Notes: generated from the sequence alone by a model not told the origin. A DNA stretch of 40,897 nucleotides from Luteimonas sp. (GCA_039914555.1 JBDSOZ010000170.1:1-40897), one strand, 5' to 3'; counted from the first letter of the stretch, positions 18,831 through 30,166 are shown. Numbers and translations are program-made.

Positions 18831-20411
18831 TCAGCGGCGACCGAGGTCTTCGTCGTGGATGCCTTCGCGGCGCAGTTCCAGCACGATCGGCGTGATCGCC
18901 GCGATGCGCGCGTCGATCCGGCTGCGTGCGTAGTAGTCGACGTCCTCGCGCTTTTTCAATGTATTGAGCTGCACCAGCGCCTGCTCCGCCCGCCCGTTGA
19001 GGTAGGCCGCTTCCGCGTACGCCTCGCCAGCGCGCACCGGATCGTCCGCGATTTCGCTGGCGCGGGCGAATGTTTGCTGGAACACCGGGTCGTCGACCGA
19101 ATTGGCCAGCAACGGTCGCAACAGCGCATGCGCACGCGCGCCAGATGCGGGCGTGTTGCGCTCGTTCAACATCGATGCGTAAGTCAGCGCCACCGCCGGA
19201 CTGTTCGGCATTCGCGCAGACAATGCCTCGAATCGCTGGTCGGCTGCCGCCACGTGACCACCGCGTGCCTGCGCCTGGGCCATGGCAAGTTCCAACCACA
19301 CATCACCTGGATGTGCGTCCAGCAGGGTCTGCAGTTCCGTGGCTGCCTGGTTGGGGTGACCATCCAGGTAGTGCGCAAGTGCCAGCCCGTAGCGCTGCGC
19401 ATCGTCGAGTGTCGCGGTGCGTGCCATTTGCTCGTATTCACGTGCCGCAGTGGCAGGCGTGTTCGCGCTGAGGACCCGCAGGCGTTCGCGGGCCCAGGTG
19501 AATTGCCCGCTATTGCCGCCGGTGTTATCGGCGAATACATGCAGCGAGGACGGCAGCAGCAGGTTGTCGCTGCTGCTGCGGGCCGGAATGAACGATGGTT
19601 GGGTCGCCTCGATCTGGCGCGCGCGGTCGCGTGCTTCGCTGATGCGTGAGGTGGTGACCGGATGGGTTTGCAGGTAGTCAGGCGTGCTCTCGCGATTCGG
19701 AGTGCTGCGCACGACCGACTGCAGGCGCTCGAAGAACTCGGCCATTGCCGCCGGGTCATAGCCGCCGCGGGCGAGGGTGCGGATGCCGACACGGTCGGCC
19801 TCGGCTTCCTTGCTGCGGGTGTAGTCGATCTGGCGTTGCACCATCAAGCCCTGCGCCGAAACCAGCGCGGCCATGGTGGCATTGCCGCTGGAATTGCTAC
19901 TGCTGCCCTGGGCCACTGCGATTGCCCCGAGCATCGCCAGCAGGATCGGGATCCGGTCACGTTGCGCCTGTTCCACCGCACGCAACACGTGCGCCTGGGT
20001 GACGTGCGCGATTTCATGCGCAACCACCGAGGCGACTTCATCCTCGCGATCGGCTGCGAGGATCAGGCCGGCGTTGACACCGATATACCCGCCGAGCGTG
20101 GCGAAGGCATTGATCTTGCGGTCCTTGAGCAGGAAGAAGGTGAACGCCTGCGTCGGCTTGTCGCTGGCCGCGCCCAGGCGTTGGCCCATCGACTGCAACC
20201 AGTTGTCGAGCAACGGATCATCCAGGGTGTAGCCGTAGTTGCGCAGCTGGCTCAAGGTCATTGCCCCGTACTGCGACTGCTGCCCGGGCGACAGCACGCT
20301 GCCGGCCGAAGAGCCGATGTCGGGCAGGCGGCTGTCCTGGGCGAATGCGCTGGTGGCGAGCAGGCCTCCAAGAGCGAGGGTCAACAGGGCAGTGGCTGGG
20401 AATGTGCGCAT
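18831..20411 (-). CDS. bepA: M48 family metalloprotease with TPR repeats (BepA/YfgC-like)
   Basis: Signal peptide, LPDIGSS, INAFATLGG, HEIAH zinc motif, EAEADRVG, YLQTHP and a TPR-like helical C-terminus. Confidence 0.88.
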   Translation of the reverse strand: MRTFPATALLTLALGGLLATSAFAQDSRLPDIGSSAGSVLSPGQQSQYGAMTLSQLRNYGYTLDDPLLDNWLQSMGQRLGAASDKPTQAFTFFLLKDRKINAFATLGGYIGVNAGLILAADREDEVASVVAHEIAHVTQAHVLRAVEQAQRDRIPILLAMLGAIAVAQGSSSNSSGNATMAALVSAQGLMVQRQIDYTRSKEAEADRVGIRTLARGGYDPAAMAEFFERLQSVVRSTPNRESTPDYLQTHPVTTSRISEARDRARQIEATQPSFIPARSSSDNLLLPSSLHVFADNTGGNSGQFTWARERLRVLSANTPATAAREYEQMARTATLDDAQRYGLALAHYLDGHPNQAATELQTLLDAHPGDVWLELAMAQAQARGGHVAAADQRFEALSARMPNSPAVALTYASMLNERNTPASGARAHALLRPLLANSVDDPVFQQTFARASEIADDPVRAGEAYAEAAYLNGRAEQALVQLNTLKKREDVDYYARSRIDARIAAITPIVLELRREGIHDEDLGRR

Positions 20412-20505
20412 CGACTCGAGGATAGCGAAAAGGAGGCGTCAAGACTGGAAAAGCACGCGGCCCGGACCCATATTGGACACTCCGAACCCGCGCGAGTTTC
20501 CTGCA

Positions 20506-20808
20506 ATGTGCCCGACCGAGCCATCCAACCCCGCCACCGCTGCTACGCCTGCGATCACGCTGTATACCTCGGCGACCTGCGGCTACTGCGTGGCGGCCAA
20601 GAATTTCCTGAAAAGCCGTGGCCTGGACTGGAGCGAGGTCCGGATTGACCTGGATCCGGCGGAGCGCGAGCGCATGGTCGCGCGCGCCCGTCGCACCAGC
20701 GTGCCGCAGATTTTCATCGGCGAAACCCATGTCGGTGGCTATGACGACCTGATGGCGCTGCACCGCGCCGGCAAGCTCGATCCGCTGCTTGCGGGCAGCG
20801 CAGCGTGA
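20506..20808 (+). CDS. grxC: Glutaredoxin 3
   Basis: CGYC active site and TSVPQIFIG..HVGGYDDL. Start moved to ATG 20506. Confidence 0.9.
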   Translation: MCPTEPSNPATAATPAITLYTSATCGYCVAAKNFLKSRGLDWSEVRIDLDPAERERMVARARRTSVPQIFIGETHVGGYDDLMALHRAGKLDPLLAGSAA

Positions 20809-21200
20809 GTGCGGTGGACAGCGACAAAGACGATCGCATCGCCGGGTTCAGCGCGTTCCGCCAGCGCATGAATGAGCGCATCCTGGCCGAACCCAACCAG
20901 GTGGTGCGGCGGTTTTTTGCCCTCGACACCCAGGCCTACCAGGCCGGCGCACTGGACGTGAAGACCAAGGAATTGCTTGGTCTGGTTGCGTCACTGGTGC
21001 TGCGATGTGACGACTGCATCAGCTACCACGTGGCCCAATGCCGCGATGCGGGGCTGAACCGCGACGAAATGTTCGAAGCGTTTTCAGTCGGTTTGGTGGT
21101 CGGTGGTTCGATCGTGATCCCGCATTTGCGCCGCGCAGTGGATTTCCTCGACCAGTTGGAAAACGGTGCCGCGACACCCGCTGTCCACGACCACGGATAA
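20805..21200 (+). CDS. Carboxymuconolactone decarboxylase / AhpD-like protein
   Basis: GALDVKTKELLGLVASLVLRCDDCISYH (CxxC..H); GTGA overlap with grxC. Confidence 0.88.
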   Translation: MSAVDSDKDDRIAGFSAFRQRMNERILAEPNQVVRRFFALDTQAYQAGALDVKTKELLGLVASLVLRCDDCISYHVAQCRDAGLNRDEMFEAFSVGLVVGGSIVIPHLRRAVDFLDQLENGAATPAVHDHG

Positions 21201-21306
21201 GCAGCCGGGCCATTGCAGGCGCAGGCATCTGGCATAATTGCCGGCTGACTCAATCCACTATTGCGCCAAGCCTGCGGGTGTCGCGCCTCCTGTCCGGAAA
21301 TTGCAC

Positions 21307-22320
21307 ATGACCCAGACCATCACGGTCATCCGTGGCGACGGCATTGGCCCCGAAATCATGGAAGCCGCGCTGCACGTGCTCGACGCCATGGATCTTGGCC
21401 TGTCCTACGAATTCGCCGACGCCGGCCTGGTCGCCCTGGAAAAGACCGGCGAATTGCTGCCGGCGACGACGCTTGAATCGATCCGTCGCAACGCGATTGC
21501 GCTCAAGAGCCCGCTGACGACGCCGGTGGGCGAAGGCTTCTCCTCGATCAACGTCGAGCTGCGCAAGCGTTTCGACTTGTATGCAAACGTGCGCCCGGCC
21601 AAGTCGCATCCCAACACCAGGTCGCGCTTTCCTTCCGGCATCGACCTGATCACCGTGCGCGAGAACACCGAAGGCGCCTACAGCGCCGAAGGCCAGGAGC
21701 TGTCGGCCGATGGCAACACCGCGATTTCGGTGACCCGGACCACCCGTCATGGTTCCGAGCGGATCGTCCGCTACGCGTACGACCTGGCCCGTCGCACCGG
21801 TCGCCGCAAGGTCACCATCGTGCACAAGGCCAACATCCTCAAATCAACCTCGGGCCTGTTCCTGAAGGTCGCACGCGAGGTCGCGGCGCAATACCCGGAG
21901 ATCGAGACCAATGAGATGATCGTGGACAACACCTGCATGCAGCTGGTGATGCGTCCCGAGCAGTTCGACGTGATCGTGACCACCAACCTGTTTGGCGACA
22001 TCATTTCCGACCTGTGCGCCGGACTCGTGGGTGGCCTGGGCCTGGCGCCAGGCGCCAACATCGGTACCGACGCGGCGATCTTCGAAGCGGTGCACGGCTC
22101 GGCCCCGGACATCGCCGGGCAGGGCAAGGCCAATCCGTGTGCGTTGCTGTTGGGCGCGGCGCAGATGCTCGACCACCTGGGCATGCCGGACAAGGCGACG
22201 AAACTGCGTGATGCCATCAACGCCACCCTGGAAGCTGGCGATTCGCTAACCCCTGACCTGGGTGGCAATGGCAACACCATGGCCTTCGCCCGGGCGATCG
22301 CCAGGCGCGCCGCCGCTTAA
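21307..22320 (+). CDS. icd: Isocitrate dehydrogenase (NAD-dependent type; isocitrate/isopropylmalate dehydrogenase family)
   Basis: Start ATG 21307. GDGIGPEI, SINVELRK, RENTEG, VHKANI, NLFGDIISD and FEAVHGSAPDIAG motifs. Confidence 0.88.
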   Translation: MTQTITVIRGDGIGPEIMEAALHVLDAMDLGLSYEFADAGLVALEKTGELLPATTLESIRRNAIALKSPLTTPVGEGFSSINVELRKRFDLYANVRPAKSHPNTRSRFPSGIDLITVRENTEGAYSAEGQELSADGNTAISVTRTTRHGSERIVRYAYDLARRTGRRKVTIVHKANILKSTSGLFLKVAREVAAQYPEIETNEMIVDNTCMQLVMRPEQFDVIVTTNLFGDIISDLCAGLVGGLGLAPGANIGTDAAIFEAVHGSAPDIAGQGKANPCALLLGAAQMLDHLGMPDKATKLRDAINATLEAGDSLTPDLGGNGNTMAFARAIARRAAA

Positions 22321-22337
22321 GCCGGAACGTGTCCGGG

Positions 22338-23093
22338 TTAGTTGCGCGACTGCAGCTTCGACAGCAATCGCAGGATCTCCAGGTACAGCCACACCAGGGT
22401 CACCAGCAGGCCGAATGCGGCGTACCACTCCATGTATTTGGGGGCGCCACGCTCGATGCCTTTTTCGATGAAATCGAAGTCGAGCACCAGGTTCATCGCC
22501 GCGACCACGACCACCACCAGCGAGAAGCCGATCCCGACCCAGCCGCTGTCATGGATGAACCCCATGCCCTGCAGGCCGAACAGCTGCATGCCGATGTTGA
22601 CCATGTACAGCAGGAAGATGCCGCCGGTCGCGGCAACCACGCCCATCTTGAAATTCTCGGTCACCTTGATCAGGCCGCTGCGATAAGCCAGCAGCAATGC
22701 CGCCATGGTGCCGAACGTGAGGCCAACGGCCTGGATCACGATGCCCGGGAAACGCTGTTCGAACACCGCCGAGATCGCGCCGATGAACAAGCCTTCGGCG
22801 GCTGCGTACAACGGCGCGGTGATCGGCGACCAGGTCTTCTTGAACACCGTCACCAGGGCCAGCGCCAGCCCGCCCAGGGCGCCACCCCAGACATACGGCA
22901 TCAGCCCGACCCCGCCATCGGCGTAAGCCTTGCTCCACGTATACAGCGCGGTGGCCAGGACCAGCACCAGCAGGAACGCGGTCTTGTTCACCGTTCCGTT
23001 CAGGCTCATGGCGCTGGCGTCGTGGCGCACCACGGTGCCCGTCCCCAGGTCGAGGAAGGTGGATTCGCTTAGGGCCGGATTACCGCTGCGCAT
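22338..23093 (-). CDS. Bax inhibitor-1/YccA family membrane protein
   Basis: Start ATG 23093 (MRSGNPAL). About seven TM segments and C-terminal LDFDFIE..GAPKYMEWYAAFGLLVTLVWLYLEILRLL. Confidence 0.88.
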   Translation of the reverse strand: MRSGNPALSESTFLDLGTGTVVRHDASAMSLNGTVNKTAFLLVLVLATALYTWSKAYADGGVGLMPYVWGGALGGLALALVTVFKKTWSPITAPLYAAAEGLFIGAISAVFEQRFPGIVIQAVGLTFGTMAALLLAYRSGLIKVTENFKMGVVAATGGIFLLYMVNIGMQLFGLQGMGFIHDSGWVGIGFSLVVVVVAAMNLVLDFDFIEKGIERGAPKYMEWYAAFGLLVTLVWLYLEILRLLSKLQSRN

Positions 23094-23171
23094 GGTCGGG
23101 TCTCTGTCTGTGGATGGGGCAAGGCCAGCATACACATGGGGCCGGGCGCGGGCATCGGCAAGCCGCGTGCG

Positions 23172-23200
23172 TTGACACGCCTGCGCCGGCTCCCGACAAT
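23172..23200 (+). promoter_or_regulatory. Sigma70 promoter of the tRNA cluster
   Basis: TTGACA-17 bp-GACAAT followed by a GC-rich discriminator, upstream of tRNA-Pro. Confidence 0.75.
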
Positions 23201-23245
23201 AGCCGGCCTTTCGCAGCGTTGGCGCGCAGCGGAAGTTTCACGCAG

Positions 23246-23322
23246 CGGGGTATAGCGCAGTCTGGTAGCGCGCCTGCTTTGGGAGCAGGATGTCGGGGGT
23301 TCGAATCCCTCTACCCCGACCA
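23246..23322 (+). tRNA. tRNA-Pro(TGG)
   Basis: Acceptor CGGGGTA/TACCCCG, anticodon arm CCTGC-TT-TGG-GA-GCAGG, GGTTCGAATCC, CCA end. Confidence 0.96.
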
Positions 23323-23379
23323 CTCGGGCCTGGTGCGGACAACGACTGGAAGGGACAACGATGCGACAATCCGGCCAGG

Positions 23380-23456
23380 GCGCCCGTAGCTCAACCGGAT
23401 AGAGCACCGGCCTTCTAAGCCGGCGGTTGCAGGTTCAACTCCTGCCGGGCGCGCCA
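23380..23456 (+). tRNA. tRNA-Arg(TCT)
   Basis: Acceptor GCGCCCG/CGGGCGC, anticodon arm CCGGC-CT-TCT-AA-GCCGG, CCA end. Confidence 0.95.
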
Positions 23457-23472
23457 CGCGTGCAACGGATTT

Positions 23473-23550
<78 letters not shown>

Positions 23551-23571
23551 AATTTGTTATTATTTTTTGTC

Positions 23572-23647
23572 GGGCTGTTAGCTCAGTTGGTAGAGCAGTT
23601 GACTCTTAATCAATAGGTCGAAGGTTCGAATCCTTCACAGCCCACCA
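23572..23647 (+). tRNA. tRNA-Lys(CTT)
   Basis: Acceptor GGGCTGT/ACAGCCC, anticodon loop CT-CTT-AA, GGTTCGAATCC, CCA end. Confidence 0.96.
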
Positions 23648-23653
23648 GTCCAG

Positions 23654-23682
23654 AACGCCCGGCCCGCGCCGGGCGTTTTTTT
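23654..23682 (+). terminator. Intrinsic terminator after tRNA-Lys
   Basis: CGCCCGGC-ccgc-GCCGGGCG followed by seven T. Confidence 0.88.
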
Positions 23683-23732
23683 GGGCCGCTTGCCGGGCCT
23701 GGCGGTGGCGGCCAACGTAGAATCGATGCCTT

Positions 23733-23817
<85 letters not shown>

Positions 23818-23921
23818 TCGTTTCACGGAATCGCTGGCGGCAGGCCGCCGAATCGGCGAAACTAGGAAGTTCAATCAACATAGACCCGCCGCGGCCTTGG
23901 CCGTGGCCGCACGGAGTGGGC

Positions 23922-25232
23922 ATGGCAGTTTCAGCAACGCAGGTTTCGGTCGAATCCGTAGGCAATCTCGAGCGCCGGATGACGCTACGGGTTCCGGCCG
24001 ACAACGTCGACACCCAGGTGGGTGGGCGCCTGCGTGAGATCGCGCGTACCGCCCGGATCAATGGCTTCCGCCCCGGTAAGGTGCCGACCAAGGTCATCGA
24101 GAAGCGGTTTGGCCAGCAGGTTCGCGCCGAGGTCCTGGACGGCCTGTTGCGCGAGGGTTTCGACGAAGCGATCCGCGACAACGCACTGCGCATCGCCGGC
24201 AGCCCGCGGATCGAGCCGGCCGAGGGTGCGGGCGAGGGCGAGCTGTCCTACGTCGCCACCTTCGAACTGGTGCCTGACTTCGGCGATATCGACGTGTCGA
24301 AACTGCAAGTCGTGCGCAATACCGCCGAGGTAACCGACGCCGACATCGATCGGATGATCGAAAACCTGCGCCAGCAGCGCGGCAGCTGGACTGCGGTGAC
24401 CCGTCCGGCGAAGCAGGGCGATGCGGTTGACGTCGAAACCTGGTCGCAGGCTGGTGACCAGCGCTTGCCCGCCGAAGGCGCCGAGCGTGGCACCGACGTG
24501 ATCGGTTCCGGTGCGATGTTCCCGACGATCGAAGAGGCGCTGGTCGGCATGTCCACCGGTGATGAGAAAAGCGTTGACGTGGCGTTCCCGGCCGATTGGC
24601 GGGTCCCGCAACTGGCCGGCAAGACGGCGCAGGTGCACCTGAAGGCCGAGCAGGTGTCCGAGCAGGTGCTGCCGGACGTCGATGGCGCGTTCATCCGCAG
24701 CTTCGGGGTCAAGAGCGGCGAAATGGACAAGTTCCGCAGCGAAATCCGCAGCAACCTGGAGCGCGAGCTCAAGGGTGCGCTGATGCGCCGCTTGCGCCAC
24801 GCGGTTGGCCAGCAGCTGGCCAATGCCTATGACAGCGTCGAAATGCCGCCGCGGCTGGTCGAGGACGAAGCCCGCGCGATGGCGGAGCAGGCGCTGCAGG
24901 CACGCCAGCAGGGCCAGCCGGGTGAGCTGCCGGCCGATGCCCACAAGGCGTTCATGGATCCCTCGCGCAAGCGCGTATTGGTCGCGCTGCTGGTGCTGGA
25001 GATTGCCCGTCGCAATGAGCTGCGCCTCGAGCCCGCGCGCCTGAATGAACTGTTGCGCCTGATTGCTTCTACCTATGAGGATCCACAACAGGTCATTGAG
25101 TTGTATCGCAACGACCCCCAGTTGATGTCTGGACTGCAGAACCGTGCGATGGAAGAACAAGTGATCGACTGGATCGCCGAGCGCGCGCAACTGACCGAGC
25201 AAGCAATGACGTTCCAGGAAGCCATCGGCTGA
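23922..25232 (+). CDS. tig: Trigger factor
   Basis: Start moved to ATG 23922 after GGAG. Ribosome-binding signature [12 protein letters not shown]-like middle domain, tig-clpP-clpX-lon-hupB synteny. Confidence 0.95.
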   Translation: MAVSATQVSVESVGNLERRMTLRVPADNVDTQVGGRLREIARTARINGFRPGKVPTKVIEKRFGQQVRAEVLDGLLREGFDEAIRDNALRIAGSPRIEPAEGAGEGELSYVATFELVPDFGDIDVSKLQVVRNTAEVTDADIDRMIENLRQQRGSWTAVTRPAKQGDAVDVETWSQAGDQRLPAEGAERGTDVIGSGAMFPTIEEALVGMSTGDEKSVDVAFPADWRVPQLAGKTAQVHLKAEQVSEQVLPDVDGAFIRSFGVKSGEMDKFRSEIRSNLERELKGALMRRLRHAVGQQLANAYDSVEMPPRLVEDEARAMAEQALQARQQGQPGELPADAHKAFMDPSRKRVLVALLVLEIARRNELRLEPARLNELLRLIASTYEDPQQVIELYRNDPQLMSGLQNRAMEEQVIDWIAERAQLTEQAMTFQEAIG

Positions 25233-25242
25233 GGCCACGAAA

Positions 25243-25869
25243 ATGAGCAACGAAACCAAGGCACTCAACCTGGTCCCGATGGTGGTCGAGCAGACCAGCC
25301 GCGGCGAGCGCGCCTATGACATCTATTCGCGCCTGCTGAAGGAGCGGGTGATCTTCCTGGTCGGTGGCATCGACGACCATGTCGCCAACGTGATCGTGGC
25401 GCAGATGCTGTTCCTGGAGGCCGAGAATCCCGAGAAGGACATCAGCCTGTACATCAACTCACCGGGCGGGATCGTCACTGCGGGCATGGCGATCTACGAC
25501 ACCATGCAGTTCATCAAGCCCGACGTGAGCACCATCTGCGTCGGCCAGGCGGCCTCGATGGGCGCGTTGCTGCTGGCATCGGGTGCCAAGGGCAAGCGCT
25601 ATGCGCTGCCGAATTCGCGGGTGATGATCCACCAGCCGCTGGGTGGCTTCCAGGGCCAGGCCACCGACATCGAGATCCATGCGCGCGAAATCCTGTCGAT
25701 GAAGCAGCGCCTCAACGAGATCCTGTCCAAGCACACCGGGCAGTCGCTGGACACGGTTGCGCGCGACACCGAACGCGACAACTTCAAGAGCGCCGAGGCT
25801 GCGCGCGAATACGGATTGATCGACGAAGTGCTGGAACGGCGTCCGGACGACTCGATCCAGGCCGCGTGA
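25243..25869 (+). CDS. clpP: ATP-dependent Clp protease proteolytic subunit
   Basis: [24 protein letters not shown] (catalytic Ser) and MIHQP. Confidence 0.98.
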   Translation: MSNETKALNLVPMVVEQTSRGERAYDIYSRLLKERVIFLVGGIDDHVANVIVAQMLFLEAENPEKDISLYINSPGGIVTAGMAIYDTMQFIKPDVSTICVGQAASMGALLLASGAKGKRYALPNSRVMIHQPLGGFQGQATDIEIHAREILSMKQRLNEILSKHTGQSLDTVARDTERDNFKSAEAAREYGLIDEVLERRPDDSIQAA

Positions 25870-26010
25870 TCACGCCACGCTCCTGCGCCAAGGCTGGCGC
25901 AAACTGTTGATCGAAAACACCTTTCATCAAGCACTGCGGGTCCGGGCGATGGCCTGGATCGCTGTGCTATTCTCGGGCCGCCATCGCGGCTGCAAGCAGG
26001 TAATTGGGGA

Positions 26011-27297
26011 ATGACCGAAGACCGACCAGGCCGATCCGGCGACAGCAGCAAGATCCTTTACTGCTCGTTCTGCGGAAAGAGCCAGCACGAGGTTCGCAAG
26101 CTGATCGCGGGCCCGAGCGTGTACATCTGCGATGAATGCGTGGAGTTGTGCAACGACATCATCCGCGAGGAGCTGGAAGAGAAAGCCCAGTCCGCGCGCA
26201 GTTCGTTGCCGCGTCCGAAGGAAATCCTGGAAGTCCTCGACCAGTACGTGATCGGGCAGTCGCGCGCCAAGAAAACCCTCGCGGTTGCCGTGTACAACCA
26301 CTACAAGCGGATCGAGAGCCGGCAGAAGAACGACGAAGTCGAGCTCGCCAAGTCCAACATCCTGCTGGTCGGCCCGACGGGTTCGGGTAAGACCCTGTTG
26401 GCCGAGACCCTCGCACGGTTGCTCAATGTGCCATTCACCATGGCCGATGCCACCACCTTGACCGAAGCCGGTTATGTCGGCGAGGACGTCGAGAACATCA
26501 TCCAGAAGCTGTTGCAGAAATGCGACTACGACGTGGAAAAGGCGCAGCAGGGCATCGTCTACATCGACGAGATCGACAAGATCTCGCGCAAGAGTGAAAA
26601 CCCGTCGATTACCCGCGACGTGTCGGGCGAAGGCGTGCAGCAGGCGCTGCTCAAGCTGATCGAGGGCACCGTTGCCAGCGTGCCGCCGCAAGGTGGACGC
26701 AAGCACCCGCAGCAGGAGTTCCTGCAGGTCGACACCCGCAACATCCTGTTTATCGTCGGCGGTGCGTTTGCCGGCCTGGACAAGATCATCCAGCAACGCA
26801 GCACCGACGCCAGCGGCATTGGTTTTGGCGCCAAGCTCAAGAGCTCCGAGCGCAAGGTCGAGGTTGGCAAGATCCTGGCCGAAGTCGAGCCCGAGGACCT
26901 GATCAAGTTCGGCCTGATTCCCGAGTTCGTCGGCCGCCTGCCGGTGGTCGCCACCCTGGAAGAACTGGACGAGGCCGCGCTGATCAAGATCCTGACCGAG
27001 CCGCGCAACGCGATCAGCAAGCAGTTCAAGAAGTTGTTCGAGATGGAAGGCGTGGAACTGGAGTTCCGGCCCGATGCGCTGGCTGCAATCGCGCGCAAGG
27101 CGCTCAAGCGCAAGACCGGTGCACGTGGCCTGCGCACCATCGTCGAGTCGGTGCTGCTGGACACCATGTACGACTTGCCGTCGCTGGAAAACGTCAGCAA
27201 GGTCGTGGTGGACGAGTCGGTGATCGAGCACAAGACCGAGCCGTACCTGATCTACCAGACGCCAGCCGCCGCGCCCAAGGCCGCCGCTGGCGAATAG
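26011..27297 (+). CDS. clpX: ATP-dependent Clp protease ATP-binding subunit
   Basis: Zinc finger CSFC..CDEC, Walker [21 protein letters not shown] and IGF loop. Confidence 0.98.
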   Translation: MTEDRPGRSGDSSKILYCSFCGKSQHEVRKLIAGPSVYICDECVELCNDIIREELEEKAQSARSSLPRPKEILEVLDQYVIGQSRAKKTLAVAVYNHYKRIESRQKNDEVELAKSNILLVGPTGSGKTLLAETLARLLNVPFTMADATTLTEAGYVGEDVENIIQKLLQKCDYDVEKAQQGIVYIDEIDKISRKSENPSITRDVSGEGVQQALLKLIEGTVASVPPQGGRKHPQQEFLQVDTRNILFIVGGAFAGLDKIIQQRSTDASGIGFGAKLKSSERKVEVGKILAEVEPEDLIKFGLIPEFVGRLPVVATLEELDEAALIKILTEPRNAISKQFKKLFEMEGVELEFRPDALAAIARKALKRKTGARGLRTIVESVLLDTMYDLPSLENVSKVVVDESVIEHKTEPYLIYQTPAAAPKAAAGE

Positions 27298-27399
27298 TCG
27301 GGCGCGGGCCCCGCGACCGCCGGCGCCCGCGCGTGGACCGCGTTGGCAGTTGCAAGCATTTGATTATGCTCATTAAAGCGCCGCATTCAGCTGCCGGTG

Positions 27400-27428
27400 C
27401 TTGCAACCTTTGGCGCCCAGCCCCATAA
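27400..27428 (+). promoter_or_regulatory. Sigma32 (RpoH) heat-shock promoter of lon
   Basis: CTTGCAA-14 bp-CCCCATAA, close to the CTTGAA-N13/14-CCCCAT consensus, about 50 bp upstream of the lon ATG. Confidence 0.75.
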
Positions 27429-27480
27429 CCTTTGGGCATGGCCGCCGCCGCCCGGCGCCCCAATTGGCCAGGAGATTTAA

Positions 27481-29934
27481 ATGCCCCGTTCCACCGATTC
27501 AACCCCCGTCGTGGAGGCCGCCGCAGCCGCGCTTCCGGTCCTGCCTTTACGCGACGTGGTGGTGTTCCCGCACATGGTGATTCCCCTGTTCGTGGGCCGC
27601 GACAAATCGATTCGCGCGCTGGAACTGGCGATGGCGTCCGACAAGCGCATTGCGCTGGTCGCGCAGAAGTCCGCGGAAACCGATGATCCGGGTGCTGCTG
27701 ATCTGTACGCGATCGGTACCCTGGCAACCGTACTGCAGTTGCTCAAGCTGCCAGACGGCACCATCAAGGTGCTGGTGGAAGGCGTCGAGCGGGTTGAAGT
27801 CGACAACATCGTCGATCATGACGGCACCCTGTCCGGGCGCGCTGTCGCGATCGCAGCGGTCGCGGGTCGCGAACCGCGCGAAGTCGAGGCCGTCGCGCGT
27901 TCGCTGATGACCTTGTTCGAGCAGTACATCAAGAGCAATCGCAAGTTGCCGCCGGAGTTGCTGCAGACACTGTCCGGGATCGAAGAGCCTGGCCGCCTGG
28001 CCGATACGATCGCCGCGCACCTCAGCGTGCGCCTGGCCGACAAGCAGCGCCTGCTGGAAACCCTCGACATTGGTGCACGCCTGGAAATGCTGGTGGGTTT
28101 CGTCGACGGCGAGATCGACGTGCAGCAGATGGAAAAGCGCATCCGCGGCCGGGTCAAGTCGCAGATGGAAAAGAGCCAGCGCGAGTACTACCTCAACGAA
28201 CAGATGAAGGCGATCCAGAAGGAGTTGGGCGAGATCGACGACGCACCCAACGACCTCGACGAGCTCGCGCGCAAGATTGCCGAGGCAGGCATGCCCAAGC
28301 CGGTCGAGGCCAAGGCCAAGGCCGAGTTTGGCAAGCTCAAGCAGATGTCGCCGATGTCAGCCGAAGCCGCGGTGGTGCGCAATTACCTGGACTGGTTGCT
28401 GGGCGTTCCGTGGAAGAAGCGTTCCAAGGTGCGCAAGGACCTGAAGGCCGCGCAGGACGTGCTTGACGCCGACCATTACGGGCTGGAAAAGGTCAAGGAA
28501 CGGATCCTCGAGTACCTCGCGGTGCAGACCCGGGTGAAGCAGATGAAGGGCGCAATCCTGTGCCTGGTCGGGCCGCCGGGCGTGGGCAAGACCTCGCTGG
28601 GCCAGTCCATTGCCAAGGCCACCAACCGCAAGTTCGTGCGCATGTCACTGGGTGGCGTCCGCGACGAAGCCGAGATCCGCGGCCACCGTCGCACCTACGT
28701 GGGGTCGATGCCCGGCAGGATCGTGCAGAACCTCAACAAGGCAGGCACCAGGAACCCGCTGTTCATGCTTGACGAGATCGACAAGATGTCGATGGATTTC
28801 CGCGGCGATCCATCTTCGGCGCTGCTCGAGGTGCTTGATCCCGAGCAGAACAACGCCTTCAACGACCACTACCTCGAGGTCGACCTCGACCTGAGCGAAG
28901 TGATGTTCGTCGCCACCGCAAACTCGCTGCACATCCCCGGCCCGCTGCTCGATCGCATGGAAGTCATCCGCATCCCCGGATACACCGAGGACGAGAAGAT
29001 CAACATCGCGATGCGCTACCTGGTCCCCAAGCAGTTGAAGGCCAACGGCCTGGTCGAGGGCGAACTGAAGATCGACGAGGATGCCATCCAGGGCATCGTC
29101 CGCTATTACACGCGCGAGTCCGGCGTGCGCAACCTGGAGCGCGAGATCGCCAAGATCTGCCGCAAGGTGGTCAAGGAAATCGCGCTCAAGGGGCCGCAAC
29201 CGCCGACCAAGCGCAAGCCCAAGGCGATGCAGGTCAACGCCAAGAACCTGGACAAGTACCTGGGCGTGCAACGCTTTGATTTCGGCCGCGCCGAGGCCGA
29301 GAACGAGATTGGCCTGGTGACCGGCCTGGCCTGGACCGAGGTCGGCGGCGAGTTGCTGCAAGTTGAATCTACTTTGGTGCCGGGCAAGGGTCAGCTGATC
29401 CTTACCGGCCAGCTTGGTGAGGTCATGAAGGAGTCAGCGTCGGCGGCGCTGTCAGTGGTGCGTGCGCGCACCGAAGCGCTCGGCATCGACCTGGACTTCC
29501 TGGCCAAGCAGGACGTGCACCTGCACGTGCCGGAAGGCGCTACCCCCAAGGATGGTCCCAGCGCCGGTATCGCGATGGCGACCGCGCTGGTTTCGACCCT
29601 GACCAAGATTCCGGTCAAGGCCGAAGTGGCGATGACCGGCGAAATTACCTTGCGCGGTCGCGTGCTTCCGATCGGTGGACTCAAGGAAAAGTTGCTGGCG
29701 GCGATGCGCGGTGGCATCCGCACCGTGATCATCCCCGAAGAGAATCGCAAGGATCTGGTGGACCTGCCCAAGTCGGTCACCCAGCAGATGAAAATCGTGC
29801 CGGTGCGCTGGATCGACGAGGTGCTCGACCTGGCCCTGGAACGACCCTTGACCCCGCGCACCCCTGTTGGCGGGCTGCCTGGGGCGACCCGTGAGCCGCC
29901 AGCACCCATTGTGCAGGCGGACCTGACCCACTGA
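27481..29934 (+). CDS. lon: Lon protease (endopeptidase La)
   Basis: [18 protein letters not shown], Walker [14 protein letters not shown] and PKDGPSAG catalytic Ser. Confidence 0.98.
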   Translation: MPRSTDSTPVVEAAAAALPVLPLRDVVVFPHMVIPLFVGRDKSIRALELAMASDKRIALVAQKSAETDDPGAADLYAIGTLATVLQLLKLPDGTIKVLVEGVERVEVDNIVDHDGTLSGRAVAIAAVAGREPREVEAVARSLMTLFEQYIKSNRKLPPELLQTLSGIEEPGRLADTIAAHLSVRLADKQRLLETLDIGARLEMLVGFVDGEIDVQQMEKRIRGRVKSQMEKSQREYYLNEQMKAIQKELGEIDDAPNDLDELARKIAEAGMPKPVEAKAKAEFGKLKQMSPMSAEAAVVRNYLDWLLGVPWKKRSKVRKDLKAAQDVLDADHYGLEKVKERILEYLAVQTRVKQMKGAILCLVGPPGVGKTSLGQSIAKATNRKFVRMSLGGVRDEAEIRGHRRTYVGSMPGRIVQNLNKAGTRNPLFMLDEIDKMSMDFRGDPSSALLEVLDPEQNNAFNDHYLEVDLDLSEVMFVATANSLHIPGPLLDRMEVIRIPGYTEDEKINIAMRYLVPKQLKANGLVEGELKIDEDAIQGIVRYYTRESGVRNLEREIAKICRKVVKEIALKGPQPPTKRKPKAMQVNAKNLDKYLGVQRFDFGRAEAENEIGLVTGLAWTEVGGELLQVESTLVPGKGQLILTGQLGEVMKESASAALSVVRARTEALGIDLDFLAKQDVHLHVPEGATPKDGPSAGIAMATALVSTLTKIPVKAEVAMTGEITLRGRVLPIGGLKEKLLAAMRGGIRTVIIPEENRKDLVDLPKSVTQQMKIVPVRWIDEVLDLALERPLTPRTPVGGLPGATREPPAPIVQADLTH

Positions 29935-30009
29935 TCCGGTCCACGCCCCGGAGGCCCTCCTGCCAGGGTGCTTCCGGCGGCTGGAAGCCGCGCCACGCCT
30001 TGCTTTGCG

Positions 30010-30038
30010 TTGCATGAGCAAAATGCGGCTGGTATAAG
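30010..30038 (+). promoter_or_regulatory. Sigma70 promoter of hupB
   Basis: TTGCAT-17 bp-TATAAG with an extended TGn. Confidence 0.6.
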
Positions 30039-30166
30039 GAACGCAACCGCGTTGGGCCTTCGGGCCCGCGTCGCGGCATCGCCGACCGGGAGCCTGCGTC
30101 CAGCGCAGCGGGGAGCCCGGTCATCACATCCAGCGGCCTTTCGGGCCGCAAAGGGAGCCAATACCA

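Noticed and set aside
18476-19649. ORFs 18519-19649 (+) and 18476-18673 (-) crossing the repeat-rich region, considered as a possible transposase or RAYT
   Set aside because: No HUH/Y1 or DDE motifs; mostly antisense to bepA or translated palindrome.
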